From Schizochytrium sp. TIO01 (Eukaryota > Protista > Bigyra: Labyrinthulomycetes), in NCBI GenBank assembly GCA_004764695.1, contig SMSO01000004.1:1-64000 (forward strand): 64,000 nt of DNA, read 5' to 3'. A model generated the notes under the pieces. It saw only the letters and a program-made list of their open reading frames with translations, made no database searches and was not told the DNA's origin. Position 1 is the first letter of the stretch, and every line of letters begins with the position of its first letter. Shown in pieces: positions 1-10,208 of this stretch. The position numbers and the translations under genes are program-made.

Positions 1-300
1 CCTAACCTAACCTAACCTAACCTAACCTAACCTAACCTAACCTAACCTAACCTAACCTAACCTAACCTAACCTAACCTAACCTAACCTAACCTAACCTAA
101 CCTAACCTAACCTAACCTAACCTAACCTAACTAACTAACCTAACCTAACCTAACCTAACCTAACCTAACCTAACCTAACCTAACCTAACCTAACCTAACT
201 AACCTAACCTAACCTAACCTAACCTAACCTAACCTAACCTAACCTAACCTAACCTAACCTAACCTAACCTAACCTAACCTAACCTAACCTAACTACCTAA
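1..300. repeat. Telomeric repeat tract (CCTAA)n = (TTAGG)n; chromosome end
   Basis: Near-perfect CCTAA pentamer array from base 1, with a few single-base deletions (e.g. ~131-137, ~199). Confidence 0.97.
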
Positions 301-486
301 CCTTACTACCTAACCTTACCTAACCTTACCTTACCTTACCTTACCTTACCTTACCTTACCTTACCTTACCTTACCTTACCTTACCTTACCTTACCTTACC
401 TTACCTTACCTTACCTTACCTTACCTTACCTTACCTTACCTTACCTTACCTTACCTTACCTTACCTTACCTTACCTAACCTTACCT
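301..486. repeat. Proximal telomere-variant block (CCTTA)n = (TAAGG)n
   Basis: Mixed CCTAA/CCTTA at 301-325, then ~30 uninterrupted CCTTA units to ~473. Confidence 0.93.
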
Positions 487-699
487 ACTATTATACATTA
501 TATTTATCAATGGTTTTACCAAAAATATTTTAAGAAGAATTGAAAATATTTTCTTTTAAAAATAAAAAGTTTTTATGCGCCTGCTGACATTCGTGGATAT
601 GGGAGACTTCAATAAGAATAGCATATAATATGATGGAAGTACTTATGTCTAATTTGTAAAACTATTCTCTCACCATAATTCAACGTTGATCGTCGATGA

Positions 700-3600
700 G
701 TTGTGAAGCATTCTAGTGGTGCTTGTAGAAAAGTACTAACTATTTGATTGATAGAGTGATGACACTACAAAGTTTCCTTTTTCTGGTTATGAGCAATATG
801 AGAAACTAAGATATAACTTTCAAAAGTTAATAAAAACAAAACCATAATTTTATTTTTTTTGAACGAACACATCTACCCGGTTGTAAATGTTTCAAGCTTT
901 CCAATGGTACCACTGGATGATTAATATATTATATCATTGTTGAGAAAATGAACATTATACTAATCAATTTATTCTTTATCTTGCTCACAAATAGAGTGAC
1001 AACTTGGAGCTTCTTTTCTCAAGCTTGCAAGTATGTTTTTTCTCATAAATCAAATACACGTATCTTAACAATTCATGAACTATTGAATGGTGCTTGTTGA
1101 AAAGCTCTGTCTATTCTATTGATAAAGTTAGAACACTACTAAACTGAGCTCTTTCTCCTTATTAATAATATGAGAGACTAAGAAATATCTTTCAAAAGTT
1201 AATAAAAACAAAACCATAATTTTATTTTTTCTGAACCAACACATCTACCCTGTTGTAAATGTTTCCAGCTTTCCAATGGTACCACTCGATGATTAATATA
1301 TCATCTCATTGTTGAGAAAATGAATATTATACTAATCAATTTATTCTTTATTCTGGTCACAAATAGTGACAACTTGGAGCTTCTTTTCTCAAGCTTGCAA
1401 GTATGTTTTTTCTCATAAATCAAATACACGCATCTAAACAATTCATGAGCAATCGAATGGTGCTTGTAGTAAAGCTCTGTCTATTCTATTGATATAGTTA
1501 GAACACTACTAAACTTGGTTCTTTCCCCTATGAATAATCTGAGAGACCAAAAATAAACTTTCAAAGGTCAGTAAAACTATATATTAAAGTATTTGTTCTG
1601 AGAAAACACATCTACCCTGTGGTAAAGTCAAGCAGCTTTCCAATGGTACCACTTGATGATTAATATATCATCTCATTGTTGAGATATTGAATCTTATACT
1701 ATTCAATTTACCCTTTATCCTGCTAATAAATAGAGTGACAACTTGGAACTTCTTTTCTCAAGCTTGCAAAAATATTTTCAATCATAAATCAAATGCGGGC
1801 ATCTCAGCAATAAATTTGCTATCGATTGGTTGTTCTATAAAAGTTCTATTTACTCTTCTCATAGAGTTAGAACACTACTAAACTCAGTTCCTTCCCCTAT
1901 TAATAATATGAAAGACCAAAAATAAACTTTCAAAGGTCAGTAAAACTATATGTTTAAGAATATTTCACCTGAGCAAACACATCTACCCTGTGGTAAATTG
2001 CATCAGCTTTCGAACGGTACCCCTCCATGATTAATGTATTGTTTCATTAATGAGAAAATGAATCTTATACTAATCATTTTATTCTTTATCCTGCCAACAA
2101 ATAGAGTAACAACTTAGAGCTTTTTTTCTCAAACTTGAAAGAAGATTTTCTCTCATAAATCAAATGCTACCATCTCAACAATTCATGCGCTATCGAATGA
2201 TTCTTCTAGAAAAGTTCTGCTTACTCTACTCATAGAGTTAGACCACTACTAAACTCGGTTTCTTCCCCCTATTAATAATATGAGAGACAAAAAACAAACT
2301 TTCAAAGGTCAGTAAAACTATATGTTTAAAGTATTTTTTCTGAGAAATCACATCTACCCTGTTGTAATTTCAAGCAGCTTTCTAATGGTATCACTCCATG
2401 ATTAATAAATTGCTTCATTATTGAGAAAATGCATCTTATACTAATCATTTAATTCTTTCTTTTGTTATCAAATAGAGTGACAACTTAGAGCTTCTTTTCT
2501 CAAGCTTGCAAGAAGCTTTTCTCTCATAAATCAAATGCTGCCATCTCAACAAGTAATGGGCTAACGAATGATTTTTCTAGAAAAGTTCTGCTTACTCTAC
2601 TCATAGAGTTATAACACTACTAAACCCAGTTCCTTCCCCCTATTAACAATATTAAAAACTAAGAAATATCTTTCAAAGGTCAGTAAAAACACATTTTAAG
2701 AATATTTCACCTGAGCAAACACATCTACCCTGTGGTAAATTGCATCAGCTTTCCAACGGTACCCCTCAATGATTAATATATTGCTTCATTGTTGAGAAAA
2801 TGAATCTTATACTAATCATTTTATTCTTTATCCTGCCAACAAATAGAGTAACAACTTGGAGCTTCTTTTCTCAAACTTGAAAAACGTTTTTCTCTCATAA
2901 ATCAAATGCGGCCATCTCAACAAGTAATGGGCTATCGAGTGGTTCTTCTAGAAAAGTTCTGTATACTCTACTCATAGAGTTAAAACACTACTAAACTCGG
3001 TTCCTCCCCCTATTAATAATATGAGAAACAAAGAAATATCTTTCAAAAGTCAATAAAACATAATCATAATTTTATTTTTTTCTGAACCAACACATTCATC
3101 CTGTTGTAAATTGCAACAGCTTTCCAACGGTACCCCTCCATGATTAATATATTGCTTCATTATTGAGAAAATGAATCTTATACTAATCATTTTATTCTTT
3201 ATCCTGCCAACAAATAGAGTAACAACTTAGAGCTTCTTTTCTCAAACTTGAAAAAAGATTTTCTCTCATAAATCAAATGCGGCCATCTCAACAAATAATG
3301 GGCTATCGAGTGTTTCTTCTATAAAAGTTCTGTCTATTGTATTCATAGAGTTAGAACACTACTAAATTCGGTTCCTTCCCCATATTAACAATATGAGAGA
3401 CAAAAAACAAACTTTCAAAGGTCAGTAAAACTATATGTTTAAAGTATGTTTTCTGAGAAATCACATCTACCCTGTTGCAATTTCAAGCCGCGTTCCAATG
3501 GTACCAGTCCATGATTTATATATTTCCCCGTTGTTGAGAAAATGAATCTTATACTAATCTTTTAATTCTTTCTTTTGTTATCAAATAGAGTAACAACTTA

Positions 3601-4292
3601 GAGCTTCTTTTCTCAAACTTGAAAGAAGATTTTCTCTTATAAATCAAATACGGCCATCTCCACAATCCATGCGCTATATAATGGTGTTTGTAGAAAAGTT
3701 CTGTTTACTCTACTCAAAGAGTTAGACCACTACTAAATTTGGTTCCTTCCCCCTATTAATAATATGAGAGACCAAAAATAAACTTTCAAAGGTCAGTAAA
3801 ACTATATGTTTAAAGTATTGTTTCTGAAAAATTACATCTACCGTGTTGTAATTTCAAGCAGCTTTCCAATGGTACCAGTCCATAATTTATATATTTCCCC
3901 GTTGTTGAGAAAATGCATCTTATACTAATCATTTATTTATTTCTTTTGTTATCAAATAGAGTGACAACTTAGAGCTTCTTTTCTCAAGCTTGCAAGAAGC
4001 TTTTCTCTCATAAATCAAATGCACTCATCTCAACAATTTATGCGCTATCGAACGATTCTTCTAGAAAAGTTCTGCTTACTCTACTCATAGAGTTAAAGCA
4101 CTACTAAACTCGGTTCCCTCCCCCTATTAATAATATAAGAGACCAAAAATAATCTTTCAAAGGTCAGTAGAAACACATTTTAAGAATATTTCAGCTAAGC
4201 AAACACCTCAACCCCGTTGTAATTGCCCCAGCTTTCCAACGGTATCACTCCATGATTAATAGTTTTCCCCGTTGTTGAGAAAATGAATTTTA
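700..4292. repeat. Subtelomeric ~371-bp tandem array, distal part (~10 units)
   Basis: Anchor ACATCTACCC (or variant) at 869, 1241, 1608, 1979, 2350, 2721, ~3092, 3463, 3834 and ~4203, period 367-372. AT-rich; the units are diverged and mosaic. Confidence 0.93.
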
Positions 4293-4759
4293 TTTTGTTG
4301 AATGCTGTAGAGTGACAGAGACTCGAAAGGTTGTTTACTTTTTAGGTTGAGGTTGTATAGTTTGAGGTCTGCTGACATACTGCCGGCAGTGAAGAAGTTA
4401 TTTCTACTCAGTCTTTGTTACACATGTCCTTTATTAGTGGCGGCCACCGAGCGGAAAACCGCAACTACTAGTGTTTAGTCCATGTGTCCCTTAGTGAGTA
4501 TTTGTTTTCTTGATAAAGATTCTCCTACGTTCTTTGATACTTTTACAGTGGTATTATGGGTTAATACTCGTGTTCATGTATATAATTCACGAGCATTACC
4601 CTAACCCTACTACTGCAAAAGGTATAATAAGGAAGGCAGGAGACTCTGTTGTCCAATGCTTAACCTTTACCCTAACCCTACCTCTGTAAAAGGTATGATT
4701 AGAAAGGCAGGAGACTCCTTGTTATCCCGACTCGGGACCAACAATTCGTCTAGACAACA
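4293..4759 (-). repeat. 3' LTR of the copia element
   Basis: Direct repeat of 9742-10208. On the minus strand it begins TGTTG and ends CAACAAAA. Confidence 0.95.
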
Positions 4760-7700
4760 CACCTCCCCAAACTTCTTAGACGTGAGCCTTGTTCCTAGAA
4801 GTGCAGATACAGAGCGATCCGTATCTCCGGGAGTTACGTGCCCAAGAAAAGCAAGGCAGATGCGGTAGATATGATAGTGATGAAGCTCCCGACTAAGGTG
4901 TTTGGTCAACACGTCAGCTGGATTGGTCCGAGTGTTTTCATAAGATAGAGAAATGATGTTGTCCTCTAAAAGTTGATGAAGATGGTGTCTGCGAATGTCC
5001 ACATGCTTAGAGTTGTTGCCAACGCTCAAGTTTCGAATCAAAGGGATGATAGCTTGGTTGTCCGTGTATAGTGGCGATGCATCGGCTTGGGGACAGCCCA
5101 GAAAATCTAAGATGCGACGGTTCCAAATCATGGCTTTAGCGGCTTCGTTCGCAGCGTAGAGTTCTGCCTCAGTTGAGGAAAGTGCCACAGTTCGTTCTGT
5201 ACTAGACTTTGTCAGAATGGTAGACCCATTAACTGCTAGCAGGTAGCCAAGTGTAGAACGTCGTGTGTAAGGGCAAGGCGCGTAAGAGGCATCGCACCAA
5301 GCTTCAAGCTTTATGTCCGAAAGTTGTATGGCTCCTCGTAAGACTATCCCGATGTTGCTTGTGCCAGCAAGGTAACGTAAAACAGCTTTGGCTGCTGTAA
5401 AGTGTTCTTCGGTTGCTGCACGGTTGTGTCTACCAAGTTCTTTAACTGCGAATGCAATGTCGGGGCGTGTATTGACTATCCATTGAAGACTTCCCACCAA
5501 TGACTGATAAAGGGGATCAGTTTTGGCCTCCTTAGGAAATGTTAACGGGTTTGCAGATGCAGGAGTGATGCGTGGTTGACAATTGTTAAGACCATGAGTT
5601 TCGAGAAGTTCCTCAATAAAGTCGGCATGATCTAACAAAGCGATCCTGGAACTTCGATTGATCGTAAGATGCGCTCCAAGGTATCGAACACGTTTGTTGT
5701 CGGGTAAATGTTCGAAGTCCACTTTGTCGTTCCCAAAATATGATTTTAGATGACCTTCAAGAGCTTTGACACTCGAGGTAGGACCAGAAACCAAACCATC
5801 ATCGACATGGGTAGACACTGTCAGGTTCAGGCCTTTATGATGGAAAAGGCATGCATCATCGGGGCAAGGTGCTAAGCCAAAAGCATCAAAAGCATGCGCT
5901 AGTTCTTTGTAAAATCTTAGCGGAGCAGATGAGATGCCATAGACAGATTTCAGAAGGCGATAGTAAGTGTATTCACCGTAGAAAGTCCGTACTCGTATGA
6001 AAATGTCTTTGTCATGTACCGGTGCAGTGAGGAAAGCACTTGTAATGTCGAAAATAGCAAAGTCATGCTCCTGTGTAAGACCCAAGGTAATTTGGATGCG
6101 TACGGAAGATGGCATCGTAACTGGTGATGCTACTTCTTGTTCAGAGGTTGGTTCTTGATCACCGCGAACAACAAGTCTCATCTTAAGTCTACGGCGCCCT
6201 TCGTTGTCTGCGGGCTTTTTCTTGTAGACCTTCATGACATCTAAGACTTTTCCACGCACCTCCGACTTTGGGACTTCTTGCAGGGTTTCTTGTGCTGCAT
6301 GATTTGCCATTTCTTCATCATCTGTTTTCCTCCACATGGCTTTCTCATAGTCGCTGTAAAGTCGAAGATCACTTTCGTGACGAGGCTCGCGAACAGGTCT
6401 GCGTGGGTCCTCGTAAACGTGAGTGTTTGAAGTAGAAGCTTCCTGATTGTTCACCTCCTTCGTCAATAAAGCTGGGGCTGAAGTTGAGGAACTTGGATGG
6501 AAGGTTTTACCACTTCTTGTTGTAGAGCCGGTGTCGACGTCGCCAAGAATTGGATCTACCCAATGGAATTTGTTGTTTGCTATTTGTAGAACTTGTCCAG
6601 GGTATAATGGACCAGCATCAACAAATTCACGAAGAGCTTGCTTGAACTCGGAGGAGTAAGACGGTTTCTGTTTATACTTACGCGGTGGTTTCTGTGAAGA
6701 ATCCACCTCCTGCTCAATGATGGTAACATCGGGCACCTCCTTCTCTATAATGGTAGCGTCGGGCACCTCCTGATCAATGTTAATAAGATCAGGCACCTCC
6801 TGATCAATGCTAATAAGATCAGGCACCTCCTGATCAATGCTAATAAGATCGGGCACCTCCTGCTGAAAGTCTATAAGGTCTGACACCTCCTGCTCTGGAC
6901 TGGATGCTGCGGGAGTACTTTGGGCAGGGTAGCTAAAATGTAGATCTTCTTCGTTTTCGCCAGAAGAGCCTGCGAGATCAAAGTTGACAGAAACGTCATT
7001 AGTGAAGGAGGGACTGGAGGGATGTTTGATCTCTGAAGAGTTTGAAGGAAAAATCAGAGACGAGGTATCTTTGGTAAGAGGGTGGAAAAAATCAGAACTC
7101 GATGGACTCGAAGTAACGTCACCGTAATCGTTGGAGAAAACTTTTACTGGGGCAGTATTGAGTAAAGAGTTGTTCAGAAGTTGCTTGCGAATGTAGTCAG
7201 ATGATTCAGAAAGCTGAGGAAGGTAAGGCAGAGCACGGTAACTCCGCGAAAAAACGATCCGGCGAGAGTCCAAAGACATGATGCGTGATGTCCCAAAGCT
7301 GTGTCGAGAACTGCAGCCAAGAAAAATACCAAGGCTTCCTTTGGCAGCAAAGTCGCTTTTAGTTGCAACACTGGGATTGTGTTGATGGTAGGCAACAAGG
7401 GTGCCAAATTGGCGACTTGGAGACAGATCGGCAGTACCACATCCATGAATGACAGCAGGCACCTTAGAGGTCCGAGGCGATGGAAGACGGTTAAGGGTCC
7501 AACATGCGTAATCAGTTGCAAAATCCCAAAAGGTGCTCGGGAGATTGCAGTCATGAAGATAGGACCAAGCGAGGCGAGAGACGAGACCTACTGTGCGTTC
7601 AGCGACGCCATGAGTACCGTGTTCATGGGGAGATGCAAATTGCAGTTTCCAATTGTACAAGTCCATTTGTTCCTGTACAAGTCTGGAAGCGAAAGCGTGA

Positions 7701-9679
7701 TCGGCAATGAGAGTTAAACCTTCAGGGGTTGAAGTTTTCCCGGGAGCGGCGCCGAGCCAGTCTCTTCGCCACGCCCGAATGGCTTTGACAAGTGTTTCGG
7801 CATTGCACTCAGGAAACGAATAGCATCGCCGATACTTGGAGTAATCGTCTACAAAGACAACACAGTATTTATTGCCTGTGCTGGAGCGCGTTTTAATACC
7901 AAGCAGGTCGACATGTGATACTTGGCGCGGACCGGTACTGCGAGGTGAGTGAGGTCCTTTGCGAATGGGAGAGCGCGATGAGTCACCTTGAGCACAGCCA
8001 GGGCAGACTGGAAAAGATCCTTGTATTTTCGCAAGAGGGAGTCCCGAAACTTGTTTTGATATAGCATCAAGTGTTTCGAATGAGCGATGTCCAGCTCTAC
8101 GATGGGCCTCAAGAATGTCGAGGCCGGCAAACACTGGTGTTGCAGTTGGTTCGCTCGTAGTGTCCTGTGCATAAGTCAATGCGTTGTTGCAAAATTGTAA
8201 AGGGATCTCTTGATTTTGCCAGACAAGGACTTGGCGATCTTTGGTAATGTGTAGCTCGGCTCCAGCAGCGTGTAGAGCAGCGAGACTTTCAAGTACAGCT
8301 GGGGCCCTGTCATGTACTTGAGCAGGTATGGCGGGGGCGTTGGGAATGAATGGCGATAGGTAAGTGCCTACACTGTCTGGATTTTGTAATTCACCTGAGA
8401 CACCTACAATAGGTGTTGCTTTTTGTAGAGGTAGTTCAGAATGAATGTGTCGACGGCTAGGAACAACTGTAACACCAGCTCCACTGTCAATAACAGTTGA
8501 AGGAAAAGCATTGCCACCAAGGTAAGCAGACTTTGAAAAATCTTTTACGTTAGCAGCAAAGTATTCCTCAGTGGGAACGCTGCGGCAGACTATGGCCTTG
8601 TGACCTGGTTTGTTGCAGCGGGCGCAGCGAACTCTAGGGTCAAGGTTGCAATTGTCGGTGGCGTGATTTTGCGCGCAACGAAGACAACGGTGGGAGTTGT
8701 TTCGATGAGAGCCATGGTATCTGCCACGAGAACGGTAATTGCGGGGCTGCGGAGGGCTTGGAGAGTTGCCAAAGGCTTGGCTAACAGCTGCAGCGAGTTG
8801 GAGAAGTGTCGCGTCAGTAGAAGCGCCAAAAGCACCAGTCACTTCATTGGAAACAGAAGTGTTGGCAGCTTTAGCAGATTCCATAGTCAGGCCGGTGCGT
8901 TCGTGAATGACACGGAATGTCAGAGTAGAGTGAGCGTAGAGATCAGCCTTGATCTTGTCATACTCTGCAGGGAGCTGTTGGATGTAGCTGAACAGCATGA
9001 TAGACTGTAACGTAGGGCGAGTCTTTTCGAGCTTGGCAATGGCGGTGTTCAACTTGTCGATGTGGTCGTCCAGCTTGGAGCGATCCTCGTGGGGCTTGGG
9101 ACAAGCGGCCATGACACTCATCAGCTCTTTCCAACGACGCTGTTGGTTGAGTCTAGAGTGCTGGTTGAAGCGTTGTCTTAGCACGTACCACCCGACAAGG
9201 CCGCTGCCTTTGGCATACCTGGAGCGTATGACTGAAGACAGGGATGACTTCTTGAAACCTTCGAGCAGGAAGAGTGCCAACACAGAGTCCTGGGCTTTGC
9301 AAATAGATGTCGGCTGGCCAGGTTTCCATGTATTGATGTCCTTGAAGGGAAGTTCGTAGTAGCCGCAGAAGCCTTCGAAGAAATCGGAGTATTCTTCAAA
9401 GTCGCCGTCGTACGTTGGTGTCGAGCGATTATTCTCGAAGTAGCGCTTGATACCTTTGATGAGAGCCGGAGTCTCAGGTTGGTAATGGATGGTTGGGGCT
9501 GACTCGGACGCCAGCAGAAACTCCAGATTGTCGCTGGAGTGCATCGCGGTGGCAGGGACCGCGGGGAGGGGACCATGAAAGTTGGCGGTTGCCATACTTT
9601 CACTGTCGTCATCATCGTCGTCTTCATACACGACGGAGGCGACCTCCTCATGTTCGGAGGCTACTTCTTCTTGCACCAT
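4667..9679 (-). CDS. Copia Gag-Pol polyprotein (Gag, zinc knuckles, protease, integrase, RT, RNase H), 1670 aa
   Basis: Knuckles CLRCAQNHATDNC and CARCNKPGHKAIVC; protease IDSGA; HRRAGH..CPGC; integrase HVDL..ADH..AER; RT DITSAF/VYG/HVDD; RNase H CDAS/TEAEL/DNQ/ADVLTK. The order PR-IN-RT-RH is copia-type. The ORF ends inside the 3' LTR. Confidence 0.97.
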   Translation of the reverse strand: MVQEEVASEHEEVASVVYEDDDDDDSESMATANFHGPLPAVPATAMHSSDNLEFLLASESAPTIHYQPETPALIKGIKRYFENNRSTPTYDGDFEEYSDFFEGFCGYYELPFKDINTWKPGQPTSICKAQDSVLALFLLEGFKKSSLSSVIRSRYAKGSGLVGWYVLRQRFNQHSRLNQQRRWKELMSVMAACPKPHEDRSKLDDHIDKLNTAIAKLEKTRPTLQSIMLFSYIQQLPAEYDKIKADLYAHSTLTFRVIHERTGLTMESAKAANTSVSNEVTGAFGASTDATLLQLAAAVSQAFGNSPSPPQPRNYRSRGRYHGSHRNNSHRCLRCAQNHATDNCNLDPRVRCARCNKPGHKAIVCRSVPTEEYFAANVKDFSKSAYLGGNAFPSTVIDSGAGVTVVPSRRHIHSELPLQKATPIVGVSGELQNPDSVGTYLSPFIPNAPAIPAQVHDRAPAVLESLAALHAAGAELHITKDRQVLVWQNQEIPLQFCNNALTYAQDTTSEPTATPVFAGLDILEAHRRAGHRSFETLDAISKQVSGLPLAKIQGSFPVCPGCAQGDSSRSPIRKGPHSPRSTGPRQVSHVDLLGIKTRSSTGNKYCVVFVDDYSKYRRCYSFPECNAETLVKAIRAWRRDWLGAAPGKTSTPEGLTLIADHAFASRLVQEQMDLYNWKLQFASPHEHGTHGVAERTVGLVSRLAWSYLHDCNLPSTFWDFATDYACWTLNRLPSPRTSKVPAVIHGCGTADLSPSRQFGTLVAYHQHNPSVATKSDFAAKGSLGIFLGCSSRHSFGTSRIMSLDSRRIVFSRSYRALPYLPQLSESSDYIRKQLLNNSLLNTAPVKVFSNDYGDVTSSPSSSDFFHPLTKDTSSLIFPSNSSEIKHPSSPSFTNDVSVNFDLAGSSGENEEDLHFSYPAQSTPAASSPEQEVSDLIDFQQEVPDLISIDQEVPDLISIDQEVPDLINIDQEVPDATIIEKEVPDVTIIEQEVDSSQKPPRKYKQKPSYSSEFKQALREFVDAGPLYPGQVLQIANNKFHWVDPILGDVDTGSTTRSGKTFHPSSSTSAPALLTKEVNNQEASTSNTHVYEDPRRPVREPRHESDLRLYSDYEKAMWRKTDDEEMANHAAQETLQEVPKSEVRGKVLDVMKVYKKKPADNEGRRRLKMRLVVRGDQEPTSEQEVASPVTMPSSVRIQITLGLTQEHDFAIFDITSAFLTAPVHDKDIFIRVRTFYGEYTYYRLLKSVYGISSAPLRFYKELAHAFDAFGLAPCPDDACLFHHKGLNLTVSTHVDDGLVSGPTSSVKALEGHLKSYFGNDKVDFEHLPDNKRVRYLGAHLTINRSSRIALLDHADFIEELLETHGLNNCQPRITPASANPLTFPKEAKTDPLYQSLVGSLQWIVNTRPDIAFAVKELGRHNRAATEEHFTAAKAVLRYLAGTSNIGIVLRGAIQLSDIKLEAWCDASYAPCPYTRRSTLGYLLAVNGSTILTKSSTERTVALSSTEAELYAANEAAKAMIWNRRILDFLGCPQADASPLYTDNQAIIPLIRNLSVGNNSKHVDIRRHHLHQLLEDNIISLSYENTRTNPADVLTKHLSRELHHYHIYRICLAFLGHVTPGDTDRSVSALLGTRLTSKKFGEVCCLDELLVPSRDNKESPAFLIIPFTEVGLG
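6701..6895 (-). repeat. In-frame 30-bp tandem repeat (QEVPDLISID-like, ~6.5 copies) in the integrase C-terminal region
   Basis: GGCACCTCCTGATCAATGCTAATAAGATC-type units at 30-bp period; visible in the translation. Confidence 0.9.
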
Positions 9680-9741
9680 GGTCGGGCCAGTGCAGAGAGT
9701 GCGCGGGGCAGCAAAGAACGAGAGTTAATAGGCCAATAACC

Positions 9742-10208
9742 TTTTGTTGAATGCTGTAGAGTGACAGAGACTCGAAAGGTTGTTTACTTTTTAGGTTGAG
9801 GTTGTATAGTTTGAGGTCTGCTGACATACTGCCGGCAGTGAAGAGGTTATTTCTACTCAGTCTTTGTTACACATGTCCTTTATTAGTGGCGGCCACCGAG
9901 CGGAAAACCGCAACTACTAGTGTTTAGTCCATGTGTCCCTTAGTGAGTATTTGTTTTCTTGATAAAGATTCTCCTACGTTCTTTGATACTTTTACAGTGG
10001 TATTATGGGTTAATACTCGTGTTCATGTATATAATTCACGAGCATTACCCTAACCCTACTACTGCAAAAGGTATAATAAGGAAGGCAGGAGACTCTGTTG
10101 TCCAATGCTTAACCTTTACCCTAACCCTACCTCTGTAAAAGGTATGATTAGAAAGGCAGGAGACTCCTTGTTATCCCGACTCGGGACCAACAATTCGTCT
10201 AGACAACA
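9742..10208 (-). repeat. 5' LTR of the copia element
   Basis: Direct repeat of 4293-4759, followed on the minus strand by the PBS-like GGTTATTGGCC. Confidence 0.95.

Larger units (their letters stand above)
4293..10208 (-). mobile_element. Full-length Ty1/copia LTR retrotransposon, very recent insertion
   Basis: Two 467-bp LTRs (4293-4759, 9742-10208) differing at one base by eye (4396 A vs 9845 G). 5-bp TSD TTTTA (4288-4292 / 10209-10213). PPT GTTTGGGGAGGTG (minus) abuts the 3' LTR; PBS-like GGTTATTGGCC follows the 5' LTR; intact gag-pol ORF. Confidence 0.97.

Noticed and set aside
6447-9750. Antisense and alternate-frame ORFs over the copia gene (likewise over the megasynthase, lipase and monooxygenase genes)
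   Set aside because: Shadow frames of genuine CDSs with no recognisable motifs.
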